Of a DNA stretch of 64,000 bases, positions 48,859-64,000 are shown one piece after another. Origin of the DNA: an uncultured delta proteobacterium (GTDB taxonomy: Bacteria; Myxococcota; Myxococcia; Myxococcales; Anaeromyxobacteraceae). Location of the stretch: NCBI GenBank assembly GCA_963814585.1, contig CAWFDF010000003.1, positions 416,001 through 480,000 of the forward strand, written 5' to 3'. How positions within the stretch are numbered: the first letter of the stretch is position 1; each line of letters starts with the position of its first letter. Position numbers and translations under genes: made by a program. A model generated the notes under the pieces. That model was given only the letters and a program-made list of their open reading frames with translations. It ran no database searches and was not told where the DNA came from.

Positions 48859-50244
48859 ATGGCGCACCTCACCACCCTCACCCACCCCCAGGCCGCCGCC
48901 CGCTTCGCCGCCGACGCGCCGCGCGCCCGCTGGCACGACGAGGCGCTCTGGTTCGTGCGCGTCAAGCGCGACCGGGCCGCCGCCCAGGTGCCGGAGTGGG
49001 AGCGGCTCCGGGAGCTGGCCCAGGCCATCAAGGCCCACGCCCTCGCCGACCTCCCCGCCCTCCTCGAGCAGTTCGAGCGGAACGCCACCGCCGCCGGCGC
49101 CACCGTCCACTGGGCCCGCGACGCCGAGGAGCACAACCGCATCGTCCACGGCCTGCTGGCCGAGCGCGGCGTGACCCGGCTGGTGAAGTCGAAGTCGATG
49201 CTCACCGAGGAGTGCGGCCTCAACCCCTTCCTCGAGGCCCGAGGCGTCGAGGTGGTGGACACCGACCTCGGCGAGCGGATCGTCCAGTTCCGCGGCGAGC
49301 CGCCCAGCCACATCGTCCTCCCGGCCATCCACATCAAGAAGGAGGAGATCGGCGAGCTCTTCCACGACAAGCTCGGCACCGCGGCCGGCGCCTCGGACCC
49401 CAGGTACCTGACCGAGGCGGCGCGCGGCCACCTGCGCCAGAAGTTCCTCGCCGCCCAGGCCGGCCTCACCGGCGTGAACTTCGCGGTGGCCGACACCGGC
49501 GCGGTGGTGGTCTGCACCAACGAGGGGAACGCCGACATGGGGACCTCGCTGCCGCCGCTCCACGTCGCCTGCATGGGGCTGGAGAAGATCGTGCCGCGCG
49601 CCGAGGACCTGGGCGTCTTCCTGCGGCTGCTGGCCCGCTCCGCCACCGGCCAGCCGGTCACCACCTACTCGACCCACTTCCTCGGGCCCCGCCCCGGCTC
49701 GGAGCTCCACGTCGTCATCGTCGACAACGGTCGCAGCGCCCTGCTGGGCCGCGATCCCTACCGGCGCGCCCTCTCCTGCATCCGCTGCGGCGCCTGCATG
49801 AACACCTGCCCGGTGTTCAGGCGCTCGGGCGGCCACAGCTACGGGGTCACCGTGCCCGGCCCCATCGGCTCGGTGCTGGCCCCGGCCATCGACCCGGCCG
49901 CCCACGCCTCGCTCCCCTTCGCCTCCACCCTGTGCGGCTCCTGCGCCGACGTCTGCCCGGTCCGCATCGACCTGCACCACCAGCTGCTGGCCTGGCGCCG
50001 CGACCTGGCCGCGGCCGGCCACGTCCCGGCCGGGAAGCGGCTGGCGCTCCGCCTCGCCGCCTGGATCCTCGCCTCGCCCGGCCGCTACGCCCTGGCCGGG
50101 CGGCTGGCGCGCCTCGCGCTCCGGGTGGCGCCGGCCGGGCTCATGTCGAGGCTGGCCGGCCCGTGGGGACGCCAGCGCGAGCTGCCGGTGGCCCCGGCCG
50201 AGAGCTTCCGCGATCGGTACCGGAGGACGCATGGCCGCCCGTGA
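48859..50244 (+). CDS. lutB: Lactate utilization protein B (Fe-S)
   Basis: KSKSMLTEE, TDLGE, PSHIVLPAIH, NEGN, CIRCGACMNTCP, LCGSCADVCPV. Confidence 0.95.
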   Translation: MAHLTTLTHPQAAARFAADAPRARWHDEALWFVRVKRDRAAAQVPEWERLRELAQAIKAHALADLPALLEQFERNATAAGATVHWARDAEEHNRIVHGLLAERGVTRLVKSKSMLTEECGLNPFLEARGVEVVDTDLGERIVQFRGEPPSHIVLPAIHIKKEEIGELFHDKLGTAAGASDPRYLTEAARGHLRQKFLAAQAGLTGVNFAVADTGAVVVCTNEGNADMGTSLPPLHVACMGLEKIVPRAEDLGVFLRLLARSATGQPVTTYSTHFLGPRPGSELHVVIVDNGRSALLGRDPYRRALSCIRCGACMNTCPVFRRSGGHSYGVTVPGPIGSVLAPAIDPAAHASLPFASTLCGSCADVCPVRIDLHHQLLAWRRDLAAAGHVPAGKRLALRLAAWILASPGRYALAGRLARLALRVAPAGLMSRLAGPWGRQRELPVAPAESFRDRYRRTHGRP

Positions 50245-50824
50245 GGAGATCCTGGCGGCGCTGCGGCGCAGCGCCCGGCCCGGCGCGCCGCGCCCGGTGC
50301 TCGACGGCGTGGGCGCCCGCTTCCCGGACCTGCCGGCGCGCTTCGCCGATGGGGTCGCGGCCGTCGGGGGCACCCTGCTCCGGATCCCGGACCTGGTCGC
50401 GGCCGACGCCGCGCTGCGCGCGCTCCCCGTGCACCGGGAGGCGCGGCGGATGGTCTCTCTGGTCGACGGCGTCGGCGCCTCCACGGTCGACGCGGCCGCG
50501 GTGAAGGACCCGCACCAGCTCGAGGGGCTCGACCTGGTGGTCCTTCCCGGCGCGCTGGCGGTGGCGGAGAACGGGGCCGTCTGGATCGAGGGGGGGCGGC
50601 TGCCGCACCACGCCCTGGTGGTGATCCCCGAGCACCTGGCGGTGGTGGTGCCGGCCGCCGACGTCGTCCCCGACCTCCACGCCGCCTACGCCCGGCTGGA
50701 TCTCGCCGGCCGGCCGCGCTGGGGGCTCTTCCTGGCCGGGCCCTCCAAGACCGCCGACATCGAGCAGTCGCTGGTGATCGGCGCCCACGGCGCCCGCAGC
50801 CTCACCGTGCTGCTGGTCGGCTGA
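50231..50824 (+). CDS. lutC: Lactate utilization protein C
   Basis: AENG, GPSKTADIEQSLVIGAHG. Confidence 0.93.
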   Translation: MAAREEILAALRRSARPGAPRPVLDGVGARFPDLPARFADGVAAVGGTLLRIPDLVAADAALRALPVHREARRMVSLVDGVGASTVDAAAVKDPHQLEGLDLVVLPGALAVAENGAVWIEGGRLPHHALVVIPEHLAVVVPAADVVPDLHAAYARLDLAGRPRWGLFLAGPSKTADIEQSLVIGAHGARSLTVLLVG

Positions 50825-50839
50825 CGGAGGCCACGGACC

Positions 50840-53662
<2,823 letters not shown>

Positions 53663-53673
53663 GGAGCGCCGCC

Positions 53674-54144
53674 ATGCACCCGAACGCCCGGCTGATCAGC
53701 GCCTTCTACGCGGCCCTCGACGCCCACGACGCCGGCCGGATGTCCGCCTGCTACGCGGAGGACGTGGCCTTCTCGGATCCGGTCTTCCCCCGCCTCCGGG
53801 GCGACGAGGCCCGCGCCATGTGGCGCATGCTCTGCGAGCGCGGCAGGGACCTGCGGGTGGCGGCCAGCCGGATCGAGGCCGGCGACGCCAGCGGGAGCGC
53901 CCACTGGGTCGCCGACTACACGTTCTCGGCCACCGGCCGGCCGGTCTGCAACCGCATCGACGCCCGCTTCGTCTTCCGCGACGGGAAGATCGTCGAGCAC
54001 ACCGACGCCTTCGACCTGTGGCGCTGGGCCGGCATGGCGCTCGGCCTGAAGGGAAGCCTGCTCGGCTGGCTCCCCCCGGTGCAGGCGTCGATCCGCCGGC
54101 AGGCCGACGCCAGCCTGCGAGCCTTCATCGAGAAGCGAGGATGA
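53674..54144 (+). CDS. SnoaL/NTF2-like protein
   Basis: FYAA, FSDPVF, AMWRML, DGKIVEHTDAF. Confidence 0.85.
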   Translation: MHPNARLISAFYAALDAHDAGRMSACYAEDVAFSDPVFPRLRGDEARAMWRMLCERGRDLRVAASRIEAGDASGSAHWVADYTFSATGRPVCNRIDARFVFRDGKIVEHTDAFDLWRWAGMALGLKGSLLGWLPPVQASIRRQADASLRAFIEKRG

Positions 54145-55465
54145 GCCTCAGGTCCATCACGTTGGTCCGGGTGGGCCCGGTGGTGACCAGGTCGCCGAGG
54201 CGGTGGAAGAACGGGTAGGCGTCGTGGCCATCCAGCGCGGCGAGCGGGTCCAGGCCGGCGGCGCGGGCCCGCCCGACGGTGTCGCCGTCCGCGAACGCGC
54301 CGGCCGCGTCGGTCGGCCCGTCGCTCCCATCGGTGCCGGCCGACAGGATCGCCATCCGCTCCAGCCCCTCGATCCCGAGCGCCGCGGCCAGGGCGAACTC
54401 CTGGTTGCGGCCGCCCTTCCCGTGCCCACGCAGGGTCACGGTGGTCTCGCCGCCGGAGAGGACGCAGGCGGGGCGGCGCAGCGGCCGCCCCCGGGCCGCC
54501 AGCTCGCGGGCGATGGCCGCGTGCACGCCGGCCACCTCGCGCGTCTCGCCGGTGACGGTGGTGGAGAGCACCAGCGGCCGGTAGCCCAGGGCCCTGGCCC
54601 GGCGCGCCGCCGCGGCCACCGCCAGCGCGTTGGTCCCGACCATGAGGTCGACCGCCCGCGCGAAGACCTCGTCCCCGGGCTTGGGCGTCTCGGCGAGCTC
54701 GCCGCGGGCGCCGGCCTCCAGGCGGGTCCGGATCGAGGTCGGGACCCGGGCGGTGATGCCATGGCGAGCCAGCACCTCGCGCGCCTCCGCGAAGGTGGTC
54801 GGATCCGCCACGGTGGGTCCGGAGGCGATGACGTCGAGCGGGTCGCCCACCACGTCGGAGAGGACCAGCGTGAGCAGGGCCGCCGGCCGGGCCAGGCGCG
54901 CCAGGCCGCCCCCCTTCAGCACCGAGAGGTGCTTCCGCACGCAGTTGATCTCCCCGATGGTCGCCCCGCAGCCGAGCAGGAGCCGGGTCACCTCCTGCTT
55001 CTCCTCCAGCGAGATCCCCCCGGCCGGGCTCGGCAGCAGGGACGAGCCGCCGCCGGAGAGGACGCAGATCACCAGGTCCCCGGCGCGCACCGAGCCGAGG
55101 CGCGCCGCCAGGTCCCGCGACGCCTGCACCCCGGCCTGGTCCGGCACCGGGTGGCCCGCCTCGCGCAGCTCCACCGCGCGGAGCGGCTCGCCGTGTCCGT
55201 ACTTGGTGACGACCAGGCCGCCCGCCAGCCGGGCTCCGACGACCTCCTCGACGGCCCGGGCCATGGGCGCCGCGGCCTTGCCGGCCCCGACCACCCAGAC
55301 CCGGCCGCCGCGGGCCAGCGCCAGCGGGCGGCCGCCGGCCAGGAGCACGCCGCCCCGCCGCCGCAGGTGCGCTCGCACCGCCCGGCGCGGCTCGACCGCG
55401 GCCACGCCGGCCATGAAGATCGCGGTCGCGTCGCGCCTCAGGTCTCGCTTCCGGCTCGCCGCCAC
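54125..55465 (-). CDS. Glycerate 2-kinase (MOFRL family)
   Basis: GAGKAA, HPVP, LSGGGS, KGGGL, SDVVGD, GGETTV, GGRNQE, TDGSDG, TGPTRTNVMD. Confidence 0.92.
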   Translation of the reverse strand: MAASRKRDLRRDATAIFMAGVAAVEPRRAVRAHLRRRGGVLLAGGRPLALARGGRVWVVGAGKAAAPMARAVEEVVGARLAGGLVVTKYGHGEPLRAVELREAGHPVPDQAGVQASRDLAARLGSVRAGDLVICVLSGGGSSLLPSPAGGISLEEKQEVTRLLLGCGATIGEINCVRKHLSVLKGGGLARLARPAALLTLVLSDVVGDPLDVIASGPTVADPTTFAEAREVLARHGITARVPTSIRTRLEAGARGELAETPKPGDEVFARAVDLMVGTNALAVAAAARRARALGYRPLVLSTTVTGETREVAGVHAAIARELAARGRPLRRPACVLSGGETTVTLRGHGKGGRNQEFALAAALGIEGLERMAILSAGTDGSDGPTDAAGAFADGDTVGRARAAGLDPLAALDGHDAYPFFHRLGDLVTTGPTRTNVMDLRLILASR

Positions 55466-55653
55466 GTCTCACCTCCACGCGCTCAGGATCGGCCCCACCG
55501 CCGCCGCCCGGACCACCTCCGGCGCCGCCGGTCCCCTGGGCCGGCCGCTGACGGCCAGCAGCATGCCCTACCCTACGATGGGGTGCTCGCCTCATCGGGC
55601 GGGGCGTGGCAGCATCGCCCCGCCGATCACGGCCCTGACCCAGGAGCACCACC

Positions 55654-55932
55654 ATGAAGCGGATCGCCCTCGCCCTCGCCCTCGTCGCGCTCGCCACCCC
55701 GGCCCTCGCCGCGCAGCCCCGGACCTACCAGGTGACCGGCCCGGTGCTCGAGCTCACCGCCGACACCATCACCGTGCAGAAGGGGAGCGAGAAGTGGGAG
55801 ATCGCCCGCACCGCCGACACCAAGGTGACCGGCGAGCTCAAGAAGGGCGACAAGGTCACCATCGAGTACCGCATGACCGCGGCCAGCATCGAGTCGAAGG
55901 CGGCGCCGGCCAAGGCCCCGGCCAAGAAGTAG
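55654..55932 (+). CDS. Small secreted OB-fold-like protein
   Basis: Signal peptide, YQVTGPV, GELKKGDKVTIEY; AGGAG RBS. Confidence 0.8.
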   Translation: MKRIALALALVALATPALAAQPRTYQVTGPVLELTADTITVQKGSEKWEIARTADTKVTGELKKGDKVTIEYRMTAASIESKAAPAKAPAKK

Positions 55933-55950
55933 CCGGCGGGAGGGGCGCGC

Positions 55951-57195
55951 TCAGCGCCAGGCGACCAGGCGGGTGGCCTCGACCCCTCGCGCCTCGGCGA
56001 GGTGATCGGCGAAGTAGGCGGCCAGGGCCTCGCGCGCCACCCAGGGCGCGCGCACGCGCCAGAGCGGCCCGTTGATCACCACGCTGGCCACCACCACCTG
56101 CGGGTCCTCCGCCGGCGCGTAGCCGACGAACCAGGTGTGGTCGCGGAACGGCCTCTGCTCGTTGAGCGACCCGGTCTTGCCGGCGACGCGGACGCCGCGC
56201 AGCTCGCGCGGCGGCCTGGAGAAGGCCCGCTGCGCCGTGCCGCGGGTCACGGTCTCGCGCATCATGGCGCCCAGCGCCTCGGCGACGCGCTCGTCGATGA
56301 TCCGCATCGGCTCCGCCAGGGGCGGCGCCGGCTCGGTCCCCTGCACCAGCTCCACCACCCAGGGCGGCACCAGCACGCCGCGGTTGGCGACCACCGCGCC
56401 CAGCATGGCGGCGTGAAGCGCCGAGAGCCGCACGTCGCCGAAGCCGGCGGCGGTGTTGGCGAGCCCGAAGCGATCCCTGGGGATCTCGGCGCGCGACAGC
56501 TCGACCGGCGCCGGGAAGGGGATGGTGGCGTTGAAGAGGAAGCGGTCGGCGGTGGCGCGCAGCACCTCGGGCGTCAGGCCTCGATCGGCCAGCTTGGCGA
56601 ACACCACGTTGGCGCTGAACCCGAAGGCGGTGGAGAGCGGCAGGCAGGCGTTGTCGCGGCGGGAGTCGTCGTCGAGCAGGCGCGGGGCGAGCCGCTGGAG
56701 GCCGCCGTGGTAGCAGACCGGCTCCCCCGGAGAGTAGCCCTGCTCCAGGAGCGCCGCGGCGGTGACGATCTTGAAGATGGAGGCGGCCGGGGAGAGCGCC
56801 CGCAGCGAGAGGTTGCTGGCGCGCGGGTCGGCGCGCGAGTGCTCGGCCATGGCCAGCACCCGCCCGGTGCGTGGATCGAGCAGCACGGTCGCGCCGTAGG
56901 GAACGTCGTAGCTGGTGAGGGTCCGCTCCAGCTTCCGCTGCAGCCGGGGGTCGAGGGTCAGCACCGCTTCGCCGTCGCCCCAGGGCGCCAGGTAGCGGCC
57001 GGAGACGGTGTCGAGGTGGCGCCGCCCCAGGACCGGCGCGGGCCGGACCGGGGCGGGACGGGCCAGCGCGCCCGGGGCTCCGGCCGCCACGGCGCGCCCG
57101 GCGCCGTCCTCAGGCTGCTGGGCGGACGCCGGCGCCACCGCCAGCAGGCAGGTGGCCGCCATCGCGAGCGGGAGGTGGAGCCGGTGCGGTGCCAT
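55951..57195 (-). CDS. Stand-alone penicillin-binding transpeptidase-domain protein
   Basis: SIFK (SxxK), SAN (SxN), KTG, TWFVGYAP; signal peptide. Confidence 0.85.
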   Translation of the reverse strand: MAPHRLHLPLAMAATCLLAVAPASAQQPEDGAGRAVAAGAPGALARPAPVRPAPVLGRRHLDTVSGRYLAPWGDGEAVLTLDPRLQRKLERTLTSYDVPYGATVLLDPRTGRVLAMAEHSRADPRASNLSLRALSPAASIFKIVTAAALLEQGYSPGEPVCYHGGLQRLAPRLLDDDSRRDNACLPLSTAFGFSANVVFAKLADRGLTPEVLRATADRFLFNATIPFPAPVELSRAEIPRDRFGLANTAAGFGDVRLSALHAAMLGAVVANRGVLVPPWVVELVQGTEPAPPLAEPMRIIDERVAEALGAMMRETVTRGTAQRAFSRPPRELRGVRVAGKTGSLNEQRPFRDHTWFVGYAPAEDPQVVVASVVINGPLWRVRAPWVAREALAAYFADHLAEARGVEATRLVAWR

Positions 57196-57275
57196 GGGGT
57201 CGAGCCACGGCAGTCTGCCCGATCATCGGACCCGGATCAAAGACGTGGCGGCCGGATCTCCCTCCGCCCGGCCCC

Positions 57276-60110
<2,835 letters not shown>

Positions 60111-60241
60111 GACCACCTCGTGCCGCGACCCGCCGCGTGCCGGGTGCGGTGCGTGGAACGGTGCCGTCAGGCAGAGGATGCCCCATCGGCGCTGCCGCGG
60201 CGTGTCCCACGGCCGGGTCGACCCATTCGTGATGGTGACCG

Positions 60242-60255
60242 TTGACCCCGGTCAA
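60242..60255. promoter_or_regulatory. FNR/CRP-family-like palindrome upstream of ppdK
   Basis: TTGAC-CCCG-GTCAA. Confidence 0.5.
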
Positions 60256-60270
60256 GGAGGGACCGGGGCT

Positions 60271-61332
60271 CTAGATCCGCAGCTGCTCCACGCGCGCCTC
60301 GTCCCGCTCCGGCTCCACCTCCAGCACCTCGATGGCTCCGTCGGGATCGCGCCACTCCACCTCGACCAGGGGCTCGTCCTTCCCCTTGCCGTAGCGGGCC
60401 ACGATCCGGGCGGCCAGCTGCCGCTCCTCCCAGGTCGGCTCCCCCTCGACCAGCGCCACCGGGCCGGCGTGGACCCTGGCCACCAGCCGCGCCCTGGAGT
60501 CCCCGGCGTAGCTCTCCAGCGTGCCGTTCTCCACCTCGGTGCGCCCGACGATCAGCTTCACCGTCGGCGACAGGCGGAAGTGACGGCCCGTGGTCATCAG
60601 CACCACGTCGTCCCGGTCGATGCGGCGCGGCTCGCCGGCCGCCTCGCGCTGGCCAAGGATGTCGAAGAACTTCCGCGAGAAGCTCTCGTCGGTGAGGAAG
60701 CAGCAGCCGCCGGCCGGCTGCGGCCACTCGGCCAGCCCCATCTCCCTGGCCATGGCGATCTGCCGGGTCCGCCCGCGGCCGCTGAGGTCACCGAGCCTGG
60801 AGCGGTCGAGGAGGCCCTCCTGCTCCGGGATCGAGGGGGGCAGCAGCTTCGCCGAGAGCGGCCGGACCAGCCGGCCCTTCAGCCCCGACTCCCGCTCGAT
60901 GGCCCAGAGCGTGTCGCGCCGCTGGCTCTTGGGGCGCTGCCCCAGCACCTCTCCGGTGAAGACGAAGTCGGCCCCCTCGCGCTCCATCACCTCCTTGGCC
61001 CGCTTCATCATGAAGATGCGGCAGTCGACGCAGGGGTTGGCGTTGGCCCCGTAGCCGTACTTGGGGTGAAGCAGCATGTCGAGGTAGGCGTCGCCGGAGA
61101 TGTCGATGTACTCGATCTCGATCTCCAGGTCGGCGGCGGCGCGCAGGGCCTCGTTCTGCGGGACCGTGCCGTCCTGCCGCCCGCCCTTGCGCCGCTGGGT
61201 CTCGGTGATGCAGAAGCCGGTGTAGAAGTTGATGGCCTTCACCTCGACGCCCTGGGCGCGGACCATGGCCAGGGCCAGCGTGGAGTCGAGTCCGCCCGAG
61301 ATCATCGCGATGGCCTTCCCCGGCTTCTTCAT
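60271..61332 (-). CDS. PP-loop tRNA thiolation-family enzyme (ThiI/MnmA-like, no THUMP domain)
   Basis: SGGLDS, NPCVDC, GEVLGQRPKSQ, PAGGCC, RHFRL. Confidence 0.8.
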   Translation of the reverse strand: MKKPGKAIAMISGGLDSTLALAMVRAQGVEVKAINFYTGFCITETQRRKGGRQDGTVPQNEALRAAADLEIEIEYIDISGDAYLDMLLHPKYGYGANANPCVDCRIFMMKRAKEVMEREGADFVFTGEVLGQRPKSQRRDTLWAIERESGLKGRLVRPLSAKLLPPSIPEQEGLLDRSRLGDLSGRGRTRQIAMAREMGLAEWPQPAGGCCFLTDESFSRKFFDILGQREAAGEPRRIDRDDVVLMTTGRHFRLSPTVKLIVGRTEVENGTLESYAGDSRARLVARVHAGPVALVEGEPTWEERQLAARIVARYGKGKDEPLVEVEWRDPDGAIEVLEVEPERDEARVEQLRI

Positions 61333-61340
61333 GGTCGTCC

Positions 61341-61613
61341 TCACGGCGTGCGGCGCGGCGGCCGGGGCCGCTTGCGCAGGTAGCTCTTCCAGCTGGCGCC
61401 GTCGCGGAAGGTGGCCAGGTGCTCGTGCCGCATCGCCTTGCACCACATGGGCATGTCGGTGGCGATCCCGGGGTCGGTGGCGATCACCAGCAGCACGTCG
61501 CCGTCGGCCAGCCCCTTCACCACCGCCGCGGTCCGGACGATGGGGATCGGGCACAGCAGCCCCGAGGTGTCGAGGACCTGGATCGGCTCCGGCAGGGCGT
61601 CGAGTGGCGGCAT
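61341..61613 (-). CDS. tusA: TusA/SirA-family sulfurtransferase
   Basis: LDTSGLLCPIP, ATDPG...D...W. Confidence 0.85.
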   Translation of the reverse strand: MPPLDALPEPIQVLDTSGLLCPIPIVRTAAVVKGLADGDVLLVIATDPGIATDMPMWCKAMRHEHLATFRDGASWKSYLRKRPRPPRRTP

Positions 61614-61705
61614 CGGGGCCCCCCATAGCGGCTCGCCGGCGCCGCGGCAACCCCGCCGCCGTCGCCTTGCCCCACCGGCACCCGGAGGGTAGTCTCCCGC
61701 CCACC

Positions 61706-62230
61706 GTGCGAGGTCCCCTGCTCCTCACCTGCGCCGCGCTGGCGCTCTCCGCCGGCGCGGGCCGAGCCCAGCCGGCCGGCCCTCCGCCTGCGGCCGCGGC
61801 CGCCTCGCCGTCGGCCCCGTCCGGCCTGGTCTTCGCCGCCTCGCTCGGCGCCGGTGGGGAGACCGGCCTCGCCGTGGGGAAGGCCGGGCTGCTGGAGCTG
61901 GAGGTGGCTGGCGGCTGGGAGCACGAGCCGACGCGGCTCCGCCCCGAGCTGGCCATCGCGGTCGGCGCCGGCACGGAGACCAGCGTCGCCCTCCGCCCCG
62001 GGCTTCGGGCCGGGCTCGCGGAGGTGCCAATCTGGCTCCGCGCCGCCCTCGACTTCTCCACGGCCCGTGACCAGGGGCTCCACGCCCGCTGGCTCCTGCT
62101 GGGCGCGGCCTGGGAGCTCCGGCTCAACTCCCTGCTGGCGCTCGACCTCGGGCTCGACTTCGGCGTGCCGCTGAGCGACACCGCCGGCGTCCCGTTCATG
62201 CTCCGCGGCGGCGGCACCTTCAGGCTCTGA
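61706..62230 (+). CDS. Hypothetical outer-membrane beta-barrel-like protein
   Basis: Signal peptide, alternating beta strands, terminal GGTFRL. Confidence 0.6.
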   Translation: MRGPLLLTCAALALSAGAGRAQPAGPPPAAAAASPSAPSGLVFAASLGAGGETGLAVGKAGLLELEVAGGWEHEPTRLRPELAIAVGAGTETSVALRPGLRAGLAEVPIWLRAALDFSTARDQGLHARWLLLGAAWELRLNSLLALDLGLDFGVPLSDTAGVPFMLRGGGTFRL

Positions 62231-62252
62231 GCGCCCGCTCCCGTCGACCTCG

Positions 62253-63298
62253 ATGACCTCCGCCCGGACCACGACCGTCGCCCTCGCCCTCCTGATCGCC
62301 GGCCACGCCGCGGCCGAGGACCTGCCGCCCCCCCGCCGCCTCCCGCCGACGACGTCGCCCTCCCGCCGCCGGCCCCGCGTGGTCCCCGGAGCCCGTCCCC
62401 GGCCGCCACCGCGGCGCCCCAGGGCGGGTCCCCGGCTCCCGGCACGGCCGCCGCCAGGCCGGCGGGCCAGCAGGATCCGCCCGGCGTCATCGGCGACGGG
62501 CCGGTGGCGCCCGCCGGCGTCATGGGCGCGCCGCTCCGTCCCGCGCCGGAGGCCGGCGCCTGGTCCACCTCGATCGCCTCGGGCGTGGCCGGCCGGTGGG
62601 GCGGCTACCAGCTCCAGGCCTCCAAGCCCAACGCGTCGGTGCTCCTCTACTTCGGCGGGCAGGCCGACGGCGCCTGGGCCGAGGGGACGGCGCGGGCGGC
62701 GCGCCTGCGCCTCCGCATGTTCACCGGTGGTGATGGGATGCTCTTCCTCCCCAGCGAGGGCGAGCTCGAGGCCGCCTACATGCTCGGCCGGAGCGAGTTC
62801 CGCTTCGTGCTGGGGCGGATCGAGATGGGCCGCTACCCGGGCCTGGCGGTGCAGACCCTGGTGCAGGCCGCCACCGTCCCCAGCGTCGAGGGCGCCTTCT
62901 CCCTGGCCGGTGACAAGGTGCGGGTCTTCTACGGCGTGACCCCGGTCGAGGCGGCCTACGTCTGGTACGAGGGCGGCGCCCACATCACCTCCTCGCCCGG
63001 CACCACCAGCGAGAACGCCGGGGTCCAGGCGGCCACCGCCGTCCGGCTGCGCGCCACCTTCCTGGTGCCCCCGGCCCTGCTGCTCTCGCTGCAGGGCGAC
63101 TACATGCGGATGTGGGGGCCGGACGACCAGTTCAAGTCGGCGGAGGCCAGCGCCGGCTACGCCCTGCTCGACAAGACGGTCCTGCTCGACGTGCTGGTAC
63201 GCTGGGAGAGCTACACCCGCCGCAGCGGCGACGCCTCGGGCACCATGGTGAAGTCCGATCAGCTCATCGGGATGGCCAGCGCCACCCTCGTCCTCTAG
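62253..63298 (+). pseudogene. Exported or outer-membrane protein gene frameshifted at a C7 run (62328-62334)
   Basis: The signal peptide lies in the 62253 frame and the beta-rich body in the 62504 frame; one extra C joins them (EDLPPPPPPPADDVALP...). Confidence 0.6.
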
Positions 63299-63326
63299 CC
63301 ACCTTCGGCACCACAAGGAGCGGTTC

Positions 63327-64000
63327 ATGAAGCAGGTCAGCTGGATCCTCGCCCTCGTCGTCGGGCTCGCCATCGGCTTCACCTCCAGGACCGCGCTCTA
63401 CGGCGGCGGTCGTCCGACCGCCCAGCCGCCCGCCCAGCCGGGGCCGCGGCCCACCCGCCCGCAGGAGGACCCCCGGGCGGTCTACCGCGTCCCGCTGGAC
63501 GACTCGCCCACCCGCGGCCCGGCCGCCGCGCTGGTGACCATCGTCGAGTCGAGCGACTTCGAGTGCCCCTTCTGCAAGCGCGTCGGACCGACGCTGCAGC
63601 AGCTCGACGAGGCCTACCCCGGCAAGCTCCGCTGGGCCTTCAAGCACAACCCGCTCCCCTTCCACCAGCGGGCCCTCCCCGCCGCCCTGGCCGCCGAGGC
63701 GGCCCGCGAGCAGAAGGGCGAGGCCGGCTTCTGGGCCATGCACGACCGGCTCTTCGAGTCGGCGCCGGCGCTCGACCAGGCCAGCCTCGAGCGGGCGGCC
63801 ACCGCCATCGGCCTCGACCTGGGCCGCTTCCGCGCCGCGCTCGACGGGAAGGCGGCCGAGCCGCGCATCCGCCGCGACCAGGCGCTGGTCACCTCGCTCG
63901 GCGCCGGCGGGACGCCCGCCTTCTTCATCAACGGCCGGAAGGTCTCCGGCGCCCAGCCGTTCGAGAACTTCCGCGTGATCGTGGAGGAGGAGCTGAAGAA
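63327..64000 (+). CDS. DsbA-family thioredoxin-fold protein, partial
   Basis: Manual translation MKQVSWIL...VTIVESSDFECPFC...KHNPLPFH...GTPAFFING; AAGGAG RBS. Confidence 0.9.
   Translation, partial: MKQVSWILALVVGLAIGFTSRTALYGGGRPTAQPPAQPGPRPTRPQEDPRAVYRVPLDDSPTRGPAAALVTIVESSDFECPFCKRVGPTLQQLDEAYPGKLRWAFKHNPLPFHQRALPAALAAEAAREQKGEAGFWAMHDRLFESAPALDQASLERAATAIGLDLGRFRAALDGKAAEPRIRRDQALVTSLGAGGTPAFFINGRKVSGAQPFENFRVIVEEELK

Overview
High-GC window with Myxococcota-type gene content, most like Anaeromyxobacter (inference). It is mostly housekeeping and metabolic. Contents in order: a partial excisionase-type HTH regulator with a divergent anion porin; a complete pho locus (phoB-phoR-porin-pstSCAB-phoU); OmpA, GGDEF and THUMP genes; two POT peptide transporters; a K+/H+ antiporter; a sirtuin; an ECF sigma/anti-sigma unit; apaG; fpr; a long minus-strand run (DapB-like, two MaoC, TatT-like, PLP lyase, LolB-like, ExbB/ExbD, MshEN-domain protein); a selenocysteine formate dehydrogenase operon (fdnGHI-fdhE); an ABC transporter; lrgAB; lutABC with a D-lactate dehydrogenase; glycerate kinase; ppdK; and a TusA/PP-loop thiolation pair. 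Five observations stand out. (1) A probable exported UxxC thioredoxin selenoprotein (12884-14188), truncated in the ORF track, is followed by a long non-canonical stem-loop. (2) A foreign-looking HNH endonuclease gene lies between lrgB and lutA, preceded by a 73-bp duplication, (GTGGCG)15, a hairpin and a PafBC-like leaderless promoter. (3) An extended pho-box motif with an extra inverted half-site occurs four times. (4) A MITE-like element follows the anti-sigma gene. (5) Two genes are frameshifted. All family calls come from motif recognition by eye, not from database searches.
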